Shown here: positions 1 to 9,682 of the stretch, piece after piece
Numbering within the stretch: the stretch's first letter is position 1
Layout: each line of letters begins with the position of its first letter
Source: Sedimentibacter sp.
GTDB lineage: Bacteria; Bacillota; Clostridia; Tissierellales; Sedimentibacteraceae
DNA: 56,632 bases
Reading direction: 5' to 3'
Assembly: GCA_036720515.1 (NCBI GenBank)
Contig: DAIMMU010000001.1
Span: 1-56,632, forward strand
Notes under the pieces: model-generated
The model's database searches: none
What the model was told of the DNA's origin: nothing
The model's input: only the letters and a program-made list of their open reading frames with translations
Program-made: the position numbers and the translations under genes

Positions 1-87
1 TCATAATACTCCTCCAAATATGCGAATTTTTTCCCTTTGTTTATATTATAACTTAAATGAGAAGGTTTTTCCACAAGTAATTTATCT

Positions 88-114
88 AAAAAAACCCCGT
101 TACCGGGGTTCTTT
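88..114 (-). terminator. Intrinsic terminator after yqeY
   Basis: AACCCCG/CGGGGTT stem (93-110) followed by a T-run on the minus strand, just past the yqeY stop. Confidence 0.85.
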
Positions 115-116
115 AC

Positions 117-560
117 CTACTTTATATATTTAGCCACAATTTCATTGACATGCTTTCCGTCAGCTTTGCCTTTTACTTTAGGCATTATGAAAGCCATCAG
201 TTTTCCCAGATCTTTTTTGGTCTGAGCGCCTGTTGCTTCAATTGCTTCTTTTACAATTGATTCAAGCTCTTCATCTGACAGTTGAGGCGGTAAATATTCT
301 AATAGTATTTTGATTTCTTCGTTGGTTAGATCTATAAGATCTTGTCGATTGCCTTTTTCAAAGTCGCATATAGAATCTTTTTTCTGTTTAATTTGCTTAG
401 CTATTATGTCAATTATTTCAGCATCGGATAATTCTATTCTTTCGTCAACTTCTCTTTGTTTAATAGCTGCTCTAACCATTGTAACGGTATCTTTCTTGAC
501 TTTGTTTTTAGATTTCATGGAATCTTTTAAATCTACCATGAGCTTCTCTTTTAAAGGCAT
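117..560 (-). CDS. yqeY: GatB/YqeY domain protein
   Basis: 147 aa; LKEKLMVDLKDSMK...YLPPQLS...MPKVKGKADGK pattern; conserved position after rpsU. Confidence 0.92.
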   Translation of the reverse strand: MPLKEKLMVDLKDSMKSKNKVKKDTVTMVRAAIKQREVDERIELSDAEIIDIIAKQIKQKKDSICDFEKGNRQDLIDLTNEEIKILLEYLPPQLSDEELESIVKEAIEATGAQTKKDLGKLMAFIMPKVKGKADGKHVNEIVAKYIK

Positions 561-572
561 ACTTTCACCTCT

Positions 573-758
573 TTATCTTGCTTTTTTGTTTTTCTTTCTG
601 CGAGCCGCTTCAGCCTTCTTTTTACGCTTAACGCTTGGCTTTTCGTAATGCTCTCTTTTTCTTACTTCTGACATAACACCTGTAAGTGCACATTGTCTTT
701 TAAATCTTCTAAGAGCATTATCGATAGACTCGTTTTCTCTAACCTTTACCTCTGTCAT
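573..758 (-). CDS. rpsU: 30S ribosomal protein S21
   Basis: [21 protein letters not shown]...[14 protein letters not shown], 61 aa; ATG at 758 follows GGGAGG, so the ORF-track start at 803 is too long. Confidence 0.97.
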   Translation of the reverse strand: MTEVKVRENESIDNALRRFKRQCALTGVMSEVRKREHYEKPSVKRKKKAEAARRKKNKKAR

Positions 759-829
759 TTTGCTACCCTCCCCTCGTCTTCTACTACTGTATGTCCAAGA
801 CACCAGCGAGTTTGAAATAGCACTTAATT

Positions 830-858
830 ATTATATAATATAGAATAAGTAAATGCAA
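830..858 (-). promoter_or_regulatory. sigma-A promoter of rpsU-yqeY
   Basis: TTGCAT-17 nt-TATAAT on the minus strand. Confidence 0.6.
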
Positions 859-863
859 GAAAA

Positions 864-1205
864 TTATGATAAAGTTTCTGACAATTTTCTTCCACCCAAT
901 ATGTGGAAGTGCAAATGCTGTACTGATTGACAGCCATCTTCGCCGCAATTGCTGATAACTCTGTACCCTGAATCCTTAATACCCTCTGACTCTGCAATCT
1001 TATTGATTGCCTCAAAAATCTCCGCAATAATACTGCTGTTTTCCTTTGAAATTTCATTCATTGAAGTTATGTGAATCTTTGGTACAGCCAATATATGTAC
1101 AGGAGCTTGGGGAGCTAAGTCTCTGAAAGCTACCACGTATTCATTTTCAAACACAAACTGAGACGGAATTTCCTTGTTTGCAATTTTGCAAAATATACAA
1201 TCCAT
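864..1205 (-). CDS. hinT: Histidine triad (HIT) nucleotide-binding protein
   Basis: MDCIFCKI start and HLHFH triad. Confidence 0.93.
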   Translation of the reverse strand: MDCIFCKIANKEIPSQFVFENEYVVAFRDLAPQAPVHILAVPKIHITSMNEISKENSSIIAEIFEAINKIAESEGIKDSGYRVISNCGEDGCQSVQHLHFHILGGRKLSETLS

Positions 1206-1228
1206 TATTTCACCTCACATCAATTAAA

Positions 1229-2539
1229 TTATTCACTCAATAAATAATCGTTCCATATTTTTTTAATATGTACTTTAATTATTTCATTTTTAACATTTAT
1301 ATCACCTTTTAACAAAACTTTCAAGTAGTTTGTTGTATATCCTTCATATAAATTATCTTTTTTTTCAGTTTCTATCAGAACCGACAGTTCTTTTCCGATG
1401 AATTTCTTCATAAATTCATGTGAAATATTCTCGCCTAAATCAATCAATACCTTGCTTCTGTGAGATTTAACCGCATCGTCTACCTGCTTCGTCATTTCAG
1501 CCGCTTTGGTGCCCTCTCTTACGGAATATTTGAATACATGAATTTTAGAAAACTTTATATCTTTTACAAAATCCACCGTTTCATTAAATTCATCGACCGT
1601 TTCTCCGGGAAAGCCAACAATTATATCGGTTGTAATTCCCGCTGACGGCATATACTTTCTTATTAATTCCACGTTTGACTTATATTCTTTTGTTGTGTAC
1701 CTTCTATTCATCCTATTTAGAACACTGTCGCTTCCGCTTTGCAAAGATAAATGAAAATGATCACAGGTTTTATTTAAGGCTGAATATCTTTTAATAAAAT
1801 CTTCATTTATAAGATTCGGCTCTAAGGAGCCAAGGCGAATTCTTTCAATTCCCTCAATATTATTAATATCTTCAATTAATTTAATAAGTGAATCCTGCTC
1901 GTGTAAATCCTTGCCATATGACGATATATGAATTCCGTTTAGCACTACTTCCTTATATCCGTTTTCTGCAATCTTTTTAACTTCCCGCACTATATCATCA
2001 TGATTTCTGCTTCTTATAGGTCCTCTTACATAAGGAATGATGCAGTAAGAGCAAAATTGACTGCAGCCGTCCTGAATTTTAATATTGGCACGTGTTTTGT
2101 CATGGACAGTGCTTATTTTTAACTCTTCATAGCTTTCTTTGCCTTGAAAGTCGTCAATTTCATAGTCTTGAGTTATATCATTCAGTTTATCTTTAATAAG
2201 ACTGCCTATATTACCTTTATGCTTTGTCCCTATAATTATGTCAGCCTGCGTTTCTTTATTTATTTTTTCGTAATTTAATTGTACACTGCAGCCTACGGCA
2301 ACAACCAATGCATTGGGATTTATCCTTTTTGCCTTGTTGATAAATTGCCTTGATTTTCTTTCACTTTCCTTGGTGACGGCACATGTATTTATTATGTATA
2401 TATCACTGACTTCATTGGGAGGAAGAACCTTAAACCCATCCTTCTCCAAAAGTTCGGTCATTGCTTCTGTTTCAAACTGATTCACTTTACATCCCAATGT
2501 TATAAAAGAAACAGTATGTATTTTTGTTACTTCGCTCAT
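1229..2539 (-). CDS. mtaB: tRNA t6A37 methylthiotransferase (radical SAM)
   Basis: TLGCKVNQFE, INTCAVT, GCSQFCSYC radical-SAM motif, HLSLQSGS; upstream of hinT-rpsU. Confidence 0.92.
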   Translation of the reverse strand: MSEVTKIHTVSFITLGCKVNQFETEAMTELLEKDGFKVLPPNEVSDIYIINTCAVTKESERKSRQFINKAKRINPNALVVAVGCSVQLNYEKINKETQADIIIGTKHKGNIGSLIKDKLNDITQDYEIDDFQGKESYEELKISTVHDKTRANIKIQDGCSQFCSYCIIPYVRGPIRSRNHDDIVREVKKIAENGYKEVVLNGIHISSYGKDLHEQDSLIKLIEDINNIEGIERIRLGSLEPNLINEDFIKRYSALNKTCDHFHLSLQSGSDSVLNRMNRRYTTKEYKSNVELIRKYMPSAGITTDIIVGFPGETVDEFNETVDFVKDIKFSKIHVFKYSVREGTKAAEMTKQVDDAVKSHRSKVLIDLGENISHEFMKKFIGKELSVLIETEKKDNLYEGYTTNYLKVLLKGDINVKNEIIKVHIKKIWNDYLLSE

Positions 2540-2643
2540 TCTTACTCCTATAATAATTTATTGCATGATAATAACACAAATTATAGATAAAATCAACAAG
2601 TTGTTTTAAAATAGCAATGGGTCCATGCATGAGCCATTAAAGA

Positions 2644-2680
2644 TGACAACAACCCCGTCCCCTTGACACCCCTTGACACA
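2644..2680. repeat. CCGTCCCC-core repeat variant with tandem CCCCTTGACA
   Basis: ACAACCCCGTCCCCTTGACACCCCTTGACACA; a 10-nt unit is duplicated at 2659-2668 and 2669-2678. Confidence 0.55.
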
Positions 2681-2711
2681 CGAACACTTGATATCACTTT
2701 GAAATAATAAT

Positions 2712-2751
2712 GGACATTTTAAGGTCCGTCCCCGGAATTCCCAAAATGTCC
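2712..2751. repeat. REP-like element, core AAGGTCCGTCCCC, at the yraN 3' end
   Basis: Core 2721-2733 flanked by GGACATTTT/AAAATGTCC inverted arms; 21 nt identical to 33446-33466. Confidence 0.8.
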
Positions 2752-2752
2752 G

Positions 2753-3097
2753 TTAAAAGGCATTTTCAATGTGATTCAGCTCTTTGCTTTCTAATATTAT
2801 TTCTATTATATCAAATTGGCAAAAATAATCTTCCTTACCCTTTAGCATGAAATAATATTTAGCAGCACTTATCAGTCTTTTTTGTTTGGAAAAAGTCACT
2901 GCTTCCTTAGGATATCCCTTTTCTGTGTTTTTGCGCCCCTTTACTTCAATAAAATGTAGCCTGCCGTCTTTTGCGGCAATTATATCTATTTCTCCAAACT
3001 TGCTTACAAAATTTTCTTCTAATATTTTATAGTTTTTGTTCAATAAATATTTTTTGGCAATACATTCATATACAAATCCTTTGTTCTTTTCATACAT
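2753..3097 (-). CDS. yraN: YraN family (UPF0102) predicted endonuclease
   Basis: GEIDIIA...FIEVKGR...PKEAVT..KQKR, PD-(D/E)xK-like motifs. Confidence 0.9.
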   Translation of the reverse strand: MYEKNKGFVYECIAKKYLLNKNYKILEENFVSKFGEIDIIAAKDGRLHFIEVKGRKNTEKGYPKEAVTFSKQKRLISAAKYYFMLKGKEDYFCQFDIIEIILESKELNHIENAF

Positions 3098-3115
3098 ATG
3101 CTACCTTTATTAAAA

Positions 3116-4627
3116 CTATCTTTTTAAAGAGCCTAATACTCCCCTTATGAGCGAACGGCCAATTTCTCTTCCGATTGAGCTCATGGCTGAATTTGTAACT
3201 CTGTCAACGGCAGTCATTTTGCTGCTCGTCTTTTTCCTTGCCTTTTCCAGCTCCTTGGCTTGTTTTTCTCTTTCCTTTTCTTCTTTTTGCAGTCTTTTTT
3301 CTTCTTGCTGTCTTTCAATTTCAGATAATTTTTCCTGTTCACGCTTCCCTGTTTGTTCTTTTATCATTTCATATGCCGATATTCTGTCAATTTCTTTGAA
3401 ATATTTCCTGTATACAGGAGAACTTACAATTATTTGATTTCTCAGCATATCATCAATTGTTCCGAACTGGCTTTGCGGAGGAAGAATAAAAGCACGTTCA
3501 ACCACTGCAGGTACTCCCTTGTCTTCAAGGCATGAAATTAAAGCTTCTCCCGTCCCAAGCTCTGTTATTGCTTCAACCGTATCTAATTCAGGATTTTGAC
3601 GGAATGTTTCCGCAGCCGTAACAACCTTTTTTCTTTCAGCAGGAGTGTATGCCCTCAATGCATGCTGAATTCTGTTTCCCAATTGAGCAAGTATCTCGTC
3701 AGGCACATCCATAGGATTTTGGGTTACAAAATAAACACCCACTCCCTTAGAGCGAATAAGTCTTACCACCTGCTCAATTTTGCCTAAAAGCACCTTTGGA
3801 GCATCTTTGAACAGCAAGTGCGCTTCATCAAAGAAAAATACCATTTTAGGCTTATCCATATCTCCGGCTTCCGGAAGATTTTCAAACAACTCCGAAAGCA
3901 TCCACAATAAAAATGTAGAATACAACAAGGGGTTTAAAAACAACTTTTGGCAGTGCAATACATTTATATATCCTTTGCCTTCGGATGATGTTTTAATCCA
4001 GTCGTTTATATCTAAGTCCGGCTCTCCGAAGAAAAATTCTCCGCCCTGGTCTTCCAATGACATCATACTCCTTAATATCGCACCGACACTTTGAGATGAC
4101 ACATTCCCGTAGTCTAATGTCAATTCCTTTGAATTGTCTCCCACATACTGAACCATGGCTCTCAAATCCTTTAAGTCCAGCAGCAAAAGCCCTTTGTCAT
4201 CCGCAACTCTGTACACAATATTTAGGACTCCCGATTGTGTATCATTTAAATCAAGAATTCTTGCCATCATTAACGGTCCCATTTCAGAAACTGTAGTACG
4301 GACAGGTATTCCTCCTTCGCCGTACAAATCCCAAAATTGAACAGGGAATCCTTTGTATGAAAAATTATCTATTCCAAAGCGCTGTATTCTCTCCTGCATG
4401 TTAGGATTATCCGTCCCCGGAATTGCAATACTTGCCAAATCTCCCTTAATATCGGCAATAAAAACCGGAACCCCCAAGTCACTGAATGATTCGGCCAAAA
4501 CTTTTAATGTAATTGTTTTTCCCGTACCTGTGGCACCGGACACCAAACCGTGTCTATTTGCCATTTTAGGTTCTAAATAAATTCTTTTATCACTTTTTCC
4601 AATCCAAATTTTATTATCGGCAAGCAT
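3116..4627 (-). CDS. DUF853 / HerA-like P-loop ATPase (YjgR family)
   Basis: [16 protein letters not shown]alker [11 protein letters not shown]alker [18 protein letters not shown] 4627 after GAAAGGAG. Confidence 0.9.
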   Translation of the reverse strand: MLADNKIWIGKSDKRIYLEPKMANRHGLVSGATGTGKTITLKVLAESFSDLGVPVFIADIKGDLASIAIPGTDNPNMQERIQRFGIDNFSYKGFPVQFWDLYGEGGIPVRTTVSEMGPLMMARILDLNDTQSGVLNIVYRVADDKGLLLLDLKDLRAMVQYVGDNSKELTLDYGNVSSQSVGAILRSMMSLEDQGGEFFFGEPDLDINDWIKTSSEGKGYINVLHCQKLFLNPLLYSTFLLWMLSELFENLPEAGDMDKPKMVFFFDEAHLLFKDAPKVLLGKIEQVVRLIRSKGVGVYFVTQNPMDVPDEILAQLGNRIQHALRAYTPAERKKVVTAAETFRQNPELDTVEAITELGTGEALISCLEDKGVPAVVERAFILPPQSQFGTIDDMLRNQIIVSSPVYRKYFKEIDRISAYEMIKEQTGKREQEKLSEIERQQEEKRLQKEEKEREKQAKELEKARKKTSSKMTAVDRVTNSAMSSIGREIGRSLIRGVLGSLKR

Positions 4628-4665
4628 AAAAACTCCTTTCAAAAAATATGTTTACTTATCTACAA

Positions 4666-5619
4666 TTACCTGCTACCTTTATCATATGGTATTCCCTCCG
4701 CTCTTGGTGCCTGAGAATTCTTTGAGGAGAATGTCAGCACTATCAAGGTCGCTATATATGGAATCATTTTATAAATTTCGTTGGAAATAGGCAAACTTTT
4801 AAGAAACGGTATACCCGAATAAGCTGAAGCAAAAGTCTTCATAATTCCAAAGAAAAACGCTGCAAAAAATATTTTTTTAGTTCTCCATTGACCGAAAATC
4901 AACACTGCAATTGCCAAGAAACCATAACCGGCTACAGTTGCATTAAAGTTTGTGCTTGTGGGAATTACAAATGTCAGTCCGCCTATTCCCGCCAATATGC
5001 CCGATATAATTACTCCGGCATATCTGATGCGATAAACATTAATACCGACTGAATCCGCCGCCTGAGGATGTTCGCCGCAAGCACGAAGCCTTAACCCGAA
5101 ACGGGTATGGTTTATTACAAAGTAAGATATTAAGGCAATGGCTAACCCAATATAAGTAGTCATATAGGAATTTCTAAACAGTATTGGTCCTATAACCGGT
5201 ATATCTCCAAAAAACGGCACCTTGCTGATATAAAATGTATCTTTAAACTGAATCTGCTGAACGCCTTGAATCATTCTTGCCGTATAAACCGCAAAAGCAG
5301 GAGCAAACATATTAAGCGCCGTACCGCTTATGGTCTGGTCGGCTTTTAAATTTACTGCCGCAAATGCATGGAATAATGAAAATAACGCTCCCGCTGCAGC
5401 CGCTACTAAAACAGCCAATAACAGAAGGCTTTGTCCGCTCATTGTTTTTTGGAAAATATTAATAAAACCTATTCCGGCAAATGCTCCGACTACCATTATT
5501 CCTTCCAAAGCTATATTTACAATACCGCTTCTTTCCGAAAACATTCCTCCCAAAGCAACTATTAAAAGAGGAATTGCAAAATACATAGTTTGCTGTGCTA
5601 TGAAATAAACCGTATTCAT
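4666..5619 (-). CDS. Nucleoside ABC transporter permease (NupQ/YufQ-like)
   Basis: FSERSGIVNIALEG, GLRLRACGEHPQAADSVG; multiple TM segments. Confidence 0.9.
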   Translation of the reverse strand: MNTVYFIAQQTMYFAIPLLIVALGGMFSERSGIVNIALEGIMVVGAFAGIGFINIFQKTMSGQSLLLLAVLVAAAAGALFSLFHAFAAVNLKADQTISGTALNMFAPAFAVYTARMIQGVQQIQFKDTFYISKVPFFGDIPVIGPILFRNSYMTTYIGLAIALISYFVINHTRFGLRLRACGEHPQAADSVGINVYRIRYAGVIISGILAGIGGLTFVIPTSTNFNATVAGYGFLAIAVLIFGQWRTKKIFFAAFFFGIMKTFASAYSGIPFLKSLPISNEIYKMIPYIATLIVLTFSSKNSQAPRAEGIPYDKGSR

Positions 5620-6828
5620 TTATAATTCCTCCCTTTGCTCTGTTTCATTTTCTTCTGTATCAATAATAACTTCATCAGCAGCCGGGTATTCGGTTGAAGC
5701 CGTAATTTGGGGATTTGTCTGTACAGTGTTTAAAGAATCGGCTGCAATTTCTACAACAGGCTTTCTTATTATTCCAATCATTATTTGTTTAAACAATAAA
5801 GCAAAAGCTCCGCAGTAAATAATTACCGCTACAATCATATCTATTATTTCAGGCACGAAGTTGTATAACTGTATATTGAATCCCCCAACCTCCAAATGAG
5901 CTATGAATAAACCCGAAAGAAATATTCCAATCGGATGCGACATTCCTAAAAGTGCGACGGAAATACCGCTGAAGCCTTCCGGTGCCAATACGTCCAGCAC
6001 ATGTAAATATTTACCGGAGCCTGACAGATACAATAATCCGCCTCCGAGACCTGATAAAGCACCGGCTATAACCATGGATAATATTATGCTTTTCTTTTCG
6101 TTTATTCCTGCATATCTGCTTGCCTCTTTGTTGATGCCGCAAGCCTTTAATTCATATCCGAACGTGGTTTTCTGAAGTATTATATATATTATTGCAACCG
6201 CTAAAATTACTATAATTATTCCTATATTAACATTGCTTGTGTTAAACAATTTATCCAAACCAGCCTTTGGCAATATGGCACTCTTCAATACGGGCTTCGT
6301 CTGATTTTTCAATGAATCATATACGGTTTTCACTATTGTCATATTGACTAAGTACATTCCGATATAATTCATCATTATTGATGTAATTACCTCATTTACA
6401 TTGAAGAATGCTTTTAACAGACCGGGTCCGGAGCCCCATACCGCTCCTGCAATCATTGCGCCGATCAGTGCAACAAGCCAATGTATTTCAGGAGGAACAA
6501 ATGTCCATTTAATTCCTATATAAATTGCAACAAAAGCACCGCAGGTAAACTGACCTGATGCTCCTATATTAAACAGCCCTGTTTTAAAAGCAAAGCCTAC
6601 GGATAAGCCGGTCATTATAATCGGTATTGCAAAATAAATTACCTGACCTATTCCTTTGGCACCGTCTTCAAAACCACCCTTTAATATTGTAACAAAAGCA
6701 GGAATTGCATCTTTTGAATTACTTATCAATAATATTATAAGACCGACAAGGAGTCCTGCGGCTATTGCCATCAATGAAGATAAAAAACTGGTAAAGCCTT
6801 CAACCTGCAACAGCTTAGTTCTTCTCAT
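5620..6828 (-). CDS. Nucleoside ABC transporter permease (NupP/YufP-like)
   Basis: GLFNIGASGQ, VNEVITSIMMNY; start is 6828 or 6834, after AAGGAG. Confidence 0.88.
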   Translation of the reverse strand: MRRTKLLQVEGFTSFLSSLMAIAAGLLVGLIILLISNSKDAIPAFVTILKGGFEDGAKGIGQVIYFAIPIIMTGLSVGFAFKTGLFNIGASGQFTCGAFVAIYIGIKWTFVPPEIHWLVALIGAMIAGAVWGSGPGLLKAFFNVNEVITSIMMNYIGMYLVNMTIVKTVYDSLKNQTKPVLKSAILPKAGLDKLFNTSNVNIGIIIVILAVAIIYIILQKTTFGYELKACGINKEASRYAGINEKKSIILSMVIAGALSGLGGGLLYLSGSGKYLHVLDVLAPEGFSGISVALLGMSHPIGIFLSGLFIAHLEVGGFNIQLYNFVPEIIDMIVAVIIYCGAFALLFKQIMIGIIRKPVVEIAADSLNTVQTNPQITASTEYPAADEVIIDTEENETEQREEL

Positions 6829-8350
6829 ATTCATCACTCCTTTTTGATCCTGCCATGTAAAGACCTAATTCTTTTACAGTAATTTCTTTAGGATTTAAAT
6901 CTCCCACTATTTCACCTTCATAAATAACCAAAATTCTGTCACTTACGTCCATTACCTCATCAAGCTCCAATGATACCAAGAGTACCGCTTTTCCCTGATC
7001 CCTCTGAACTACCAATTGTTTATGTATATATTCGGTCGCTCCTATATCCAGTCCTCTGGTAGGCTGCACAGCCAATACGATGTCAGGATTCCTGTCAAGC
7101 TCTCTTGCAACTATAAGCTTTTGCTGGTTTCCGCCGGACATGTTTCTTACGACAGAATCTTCGTTCTTAGGGCTTCTTATATCATATTGTTTAATTAATT
7201 TTTTGGCATATTCTCTTACCGCATTGAATTTTATAAATCCTTTGTTTTGAAACTTAGGTTCAAAGTACGTTTGTAAAACAGAGTTCTCTTTAAGGTCAAA
7301 GTCTAAGATCAATCCGTGTTTATGCCTGTCTTCCGGGATATGCGCCAATCCGTCAATGCTTTTTTTCCTGATGGATTCTTTTGTAATATCTTTGCCGTTA
7401 AACAATATTTGTCCTTCATTAATAGGTATGAGTCCGGTAATTCCATATATCAGCTCGGATTGTCCGTTGCCGTCAATTCCCGCTATGCAAAGTATTTCTC
7501 CTTTTCTCACTTCAAAGGATACATCATTTACTACATTTTTCTTGGAGTTTTTTGTTTTGATAACCAAGTTTTTAACCTGCAGGATTGCTTCTCCCGCCTT
7601 GATATCTTTCTTTTCTATATTAAAATTAATTTTTCGTCCCACCATCATTTCTGACATTTGTTCCTTGGTTGTTGTGTCTACATTAACAGTTCCTATATAT
7701 TTACCTTTTCTCAAAATTGTACAGCGGTCAGCAACTTCTTTTATCTCATTTAATTTATGGGAGATGAAAACAATTGATTTTCCTTCTTTGACTAATTCTT
7801 TCATTATCTTCATTAATTCTTCAATTTCTTGAGGTGTTAAAACAGCCGTCGGTTCGTCAAAAATTAATATATCGCTGTCTGAATACAGCATTTTAAGTAT
7901 TTCAACTCTTTGCTGCATTCCAACCGTTATATCGGAAATATATGCATCCGGGTTTATTTTTAATTTATAGCGTTCGCTGAGATCCATTACTTTTTTTCTT
8001 GCGTCATCTTTCTTTAAAATACCCATATTCACAGTTTCTCTGCCTAAAATAATGCTTTCAAGTACAGTAAAATTATGAACTAATTTAAAATGCTGATGAA
8101 CCATGCCGATATTCAAATTGTTTGCATCATTGGGATTATTAATTTTAACGGGCTTGCCGTTAATGATAATATTGCCTTTTTCTGCTTGATATAAACCGAA
8201 TAACACGCTCATCAAAGTAGATTTGCCGGCTCCGTTTTCTCCTAACAATGCGTGCACTTCACCTTTTTTAACTTTGAATGTTACATCATCAAGAGCTTTA
8301 AAATTACCGAATATTTTGGTAATATTGTTCATTTCGATTACGTACTCCAT
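6815..8350 (-). CDS. Nucleoside ABC transporter ATP-binding protein (double ABC domain, NupO/YufO-like)
   Basis: GENGAGKST, DEPTAVLT, SGGNQQK; start MEYVIEM at 8350. Confidence 0.92.
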   Translation of the reverse strand: MEYVIEMNNITKIFGNFKALDDVTFKVKKGEVHALLGENGAGKSTLMSVLFGLYQAEKGNIIINGKPVKINNPNDANNLNIGMVHQHFKLVHNFTVLESIILGRETVNMGILKKDDARKKVMDLSERYKLKINPDAYISDITVGMQQRVEILKMLYSDSDILIFDEPTAVLTPQEIEELMKIMKELVKEGKSIVFISHKLNEIKEVADRCTILRKGKYIGTVNVDTTTKEQMSEMMVGRKINFNIEKKDIKAGEAILQVKNLVIKTKNSKKNVVNDVSFEVRKGEILCIAGIDGNGQSELIYGITGLIPINEGQILFNGKDITKESIRKKSIDGLAHIPEDRHKHGLILDFDLKENSVLQTYFEPKFQNKGFIKFNAVREYAKKLIKQYDIRSPKNEDSVVRNMSGGNQQKLIVARELDRNPDIVLAVQPTRGLDIGATEYIHKQLVVQRDQGKAVLLVSLELDEVMDVSDRILVIYEGEIVGDLNPKEITVKELGLYMAGSKRSDEYEKN

Positions 8351-8380
8351 ATAAGCACCACCCATCATTTAATTATAGGA

Positions 8381-8428
8381 ATGTAAAGGTTGCTTAAAAG
8401 GCTAAAGCCCTGAAAGCAACCTTACAAT
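8381..8428 (-). other. Intra-operon stem-loop after the BMP lipoprotein gene
   Basis: TGTAA(A)GGTTGCTT...AAGCAACCTTACA arms with an inner GGCT-AA-AGCC hairpin; no strong U-tract. Confidence 0.6.
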
Positions 8429-8436
8429 GATTTTAA

Positions 8437-9630
8437 CTATTTAATAACTTCAACTTTTACTTTGCTTACCGGTATATCCGCTGCTGTTACATCTTCTGCA
8501 GGTTTATCCGGACTTCCGGCTAAAGCTTGTTCAACAACAGCTGCATCATTCATTATTTCTATTTCTTTAGCTACTATTTTTCCGTATATAGCATCGTAAT
8601 CAGCCTGTGTAAATTTTTCGAATCTTGAATTTTCCATCGGCAATTGTACACCTTCAACAGTTGCATCCAATGATACCGAAGTTCCTCCAGGGAAATTTCC
8701 GCCATAGTATGCTGTTAAAGCATCATATACTGATTTTGAAAGGTTCTTCATAGAAGAAGTAATAATTGTTTCTGATTCTGCCGACTGGTCAACGTCAACA
8801 CCGATTACCTTTGTTCCTGCTGCTTCAGCTGCTTTCATAACTGAGTTACCTACAGCACCGCCGCATGCAAATATAACTTCCGTTCCATCGTTATACCACG
8901 AAGAAGCTTTTGCCTGATTTTCAGGAGAAGCATCAAAGTTTCCTACATATGTGTATTTAATTTGAACTTCATCGGTTAAGCCAAGCTCATGAGCTGCATA
9001 TTCCGCACCCTGAACATAACCGTATCCAAAACGAACAACTGCCGGTACAGCCATACCGCCCATAAATCCTAACTTAGTATAGCCTTCTTTTACTATACTG
9101 TATCCTGCTAAGAAACCAGCTTCTTCTTCAGCATAGAATATAGAGTATGTATTGTCGGCTATATCAATATTATAGTCACCTGCATGAGGTGCACCGTCAA
9201 GAATTACAAATTTTACTTCAGGATATTGTGTTTGTACTGTGTGAATCGGGATTTCAAACAAGAATCCGGGGCACACAACAACCTTTGCTCCTGCTTTAAC
9301 TGCCAAATCTATAGAGCTAATATAAGCAGTGTCTGATTGTTCAGCCGGCTGATAATATTTGTATGTAATGTTGTTTTCTTTAGCATAGGCTTCTAAGCCT
9401 TCCCAAGCTCCTTGGTTAAAAGATTTGTCATCGATTGTTCCGACATCAGTGATTAACGCTAATTCAAATGTATTCTCTGCCGGTGTTTCGGGAGTTTCTT
9501 CCGGTGTTTCTTCCGGAGTTTCTTCCGGTGTTTCTACCGGTGCTTTCGGTTCATTGTCAGCACATGCCGTAAAAGCAAAAATCATTATTAAAGCTAATGC
9601 AACAACGGCCAACCTTCTCCATAATTTCAT
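8437..9630 (-). CDS. BMP family nucleoside-binding lipoprotein (PnrA/NupN-like)
   Basis: Lipobox FTAC; DDKSFNQGAWEG; IGVDVDQ. Confidence 0.92.
   Translation of the reverse strand: MKLWRRLAVVALALIMIFAFTACADNEPKAPVETPEETPEETPEETPETPAENTFELALITDVGTIDDKSFNQGAWEGLEAYAKENNITYKYYQPAEQSDTAYISSIDLAVKAGAKVVVCPGFLFEIPIHTVQTQYPEVKFVILDGAPHAGDYNIDIADNTYSIFYAEEEAGFLAGYSIVKEGYTKLGFMGGMAVPAVVRFGYGYVQGAEYAAHELGLTDEVQIKYTYVGNFDASPENQAKASSWYNDGTEVIFACGGAVGNSVMKAAEAAGTKVIGVDVDQSAESETIITSSMKNLSKSVYDALTAYYGGNFPGGTSVSLDATVEGVQLPMENSRFEKFTQADYDAIYGKIVAKEIEIMNDAAVVEQALAGSPDKPAEDVTAADIPVSKVKVEVIK
9480..9543 (-). repeat. 12-bp coding tandem repeat (PEET linker) in the BMP lipoprotein
   Basis: CCGGAAGAAAC(A/T) units encoding PVETPEETPEETPEETPETP. 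Confidence 0.85.
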
Positions 9631-9682
9631 GATATTAATTCCTCCATTTTATTAAATTTGTAAAACATTATATAAATAAACG

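Noticed and set aside
1..16. ATG (positions 4-2, minus strand) preceded by GGAGGAG: the start of a gene leaving the window
   Set aside because: Only one codon is visible, so no product can be assigned
824..1057. 77-aa alternative-frame ORF in hinT, and the many short antisense ORFs in the track
   Set aside because: They are shadows of well-supported genes, with no RBS or family motifs
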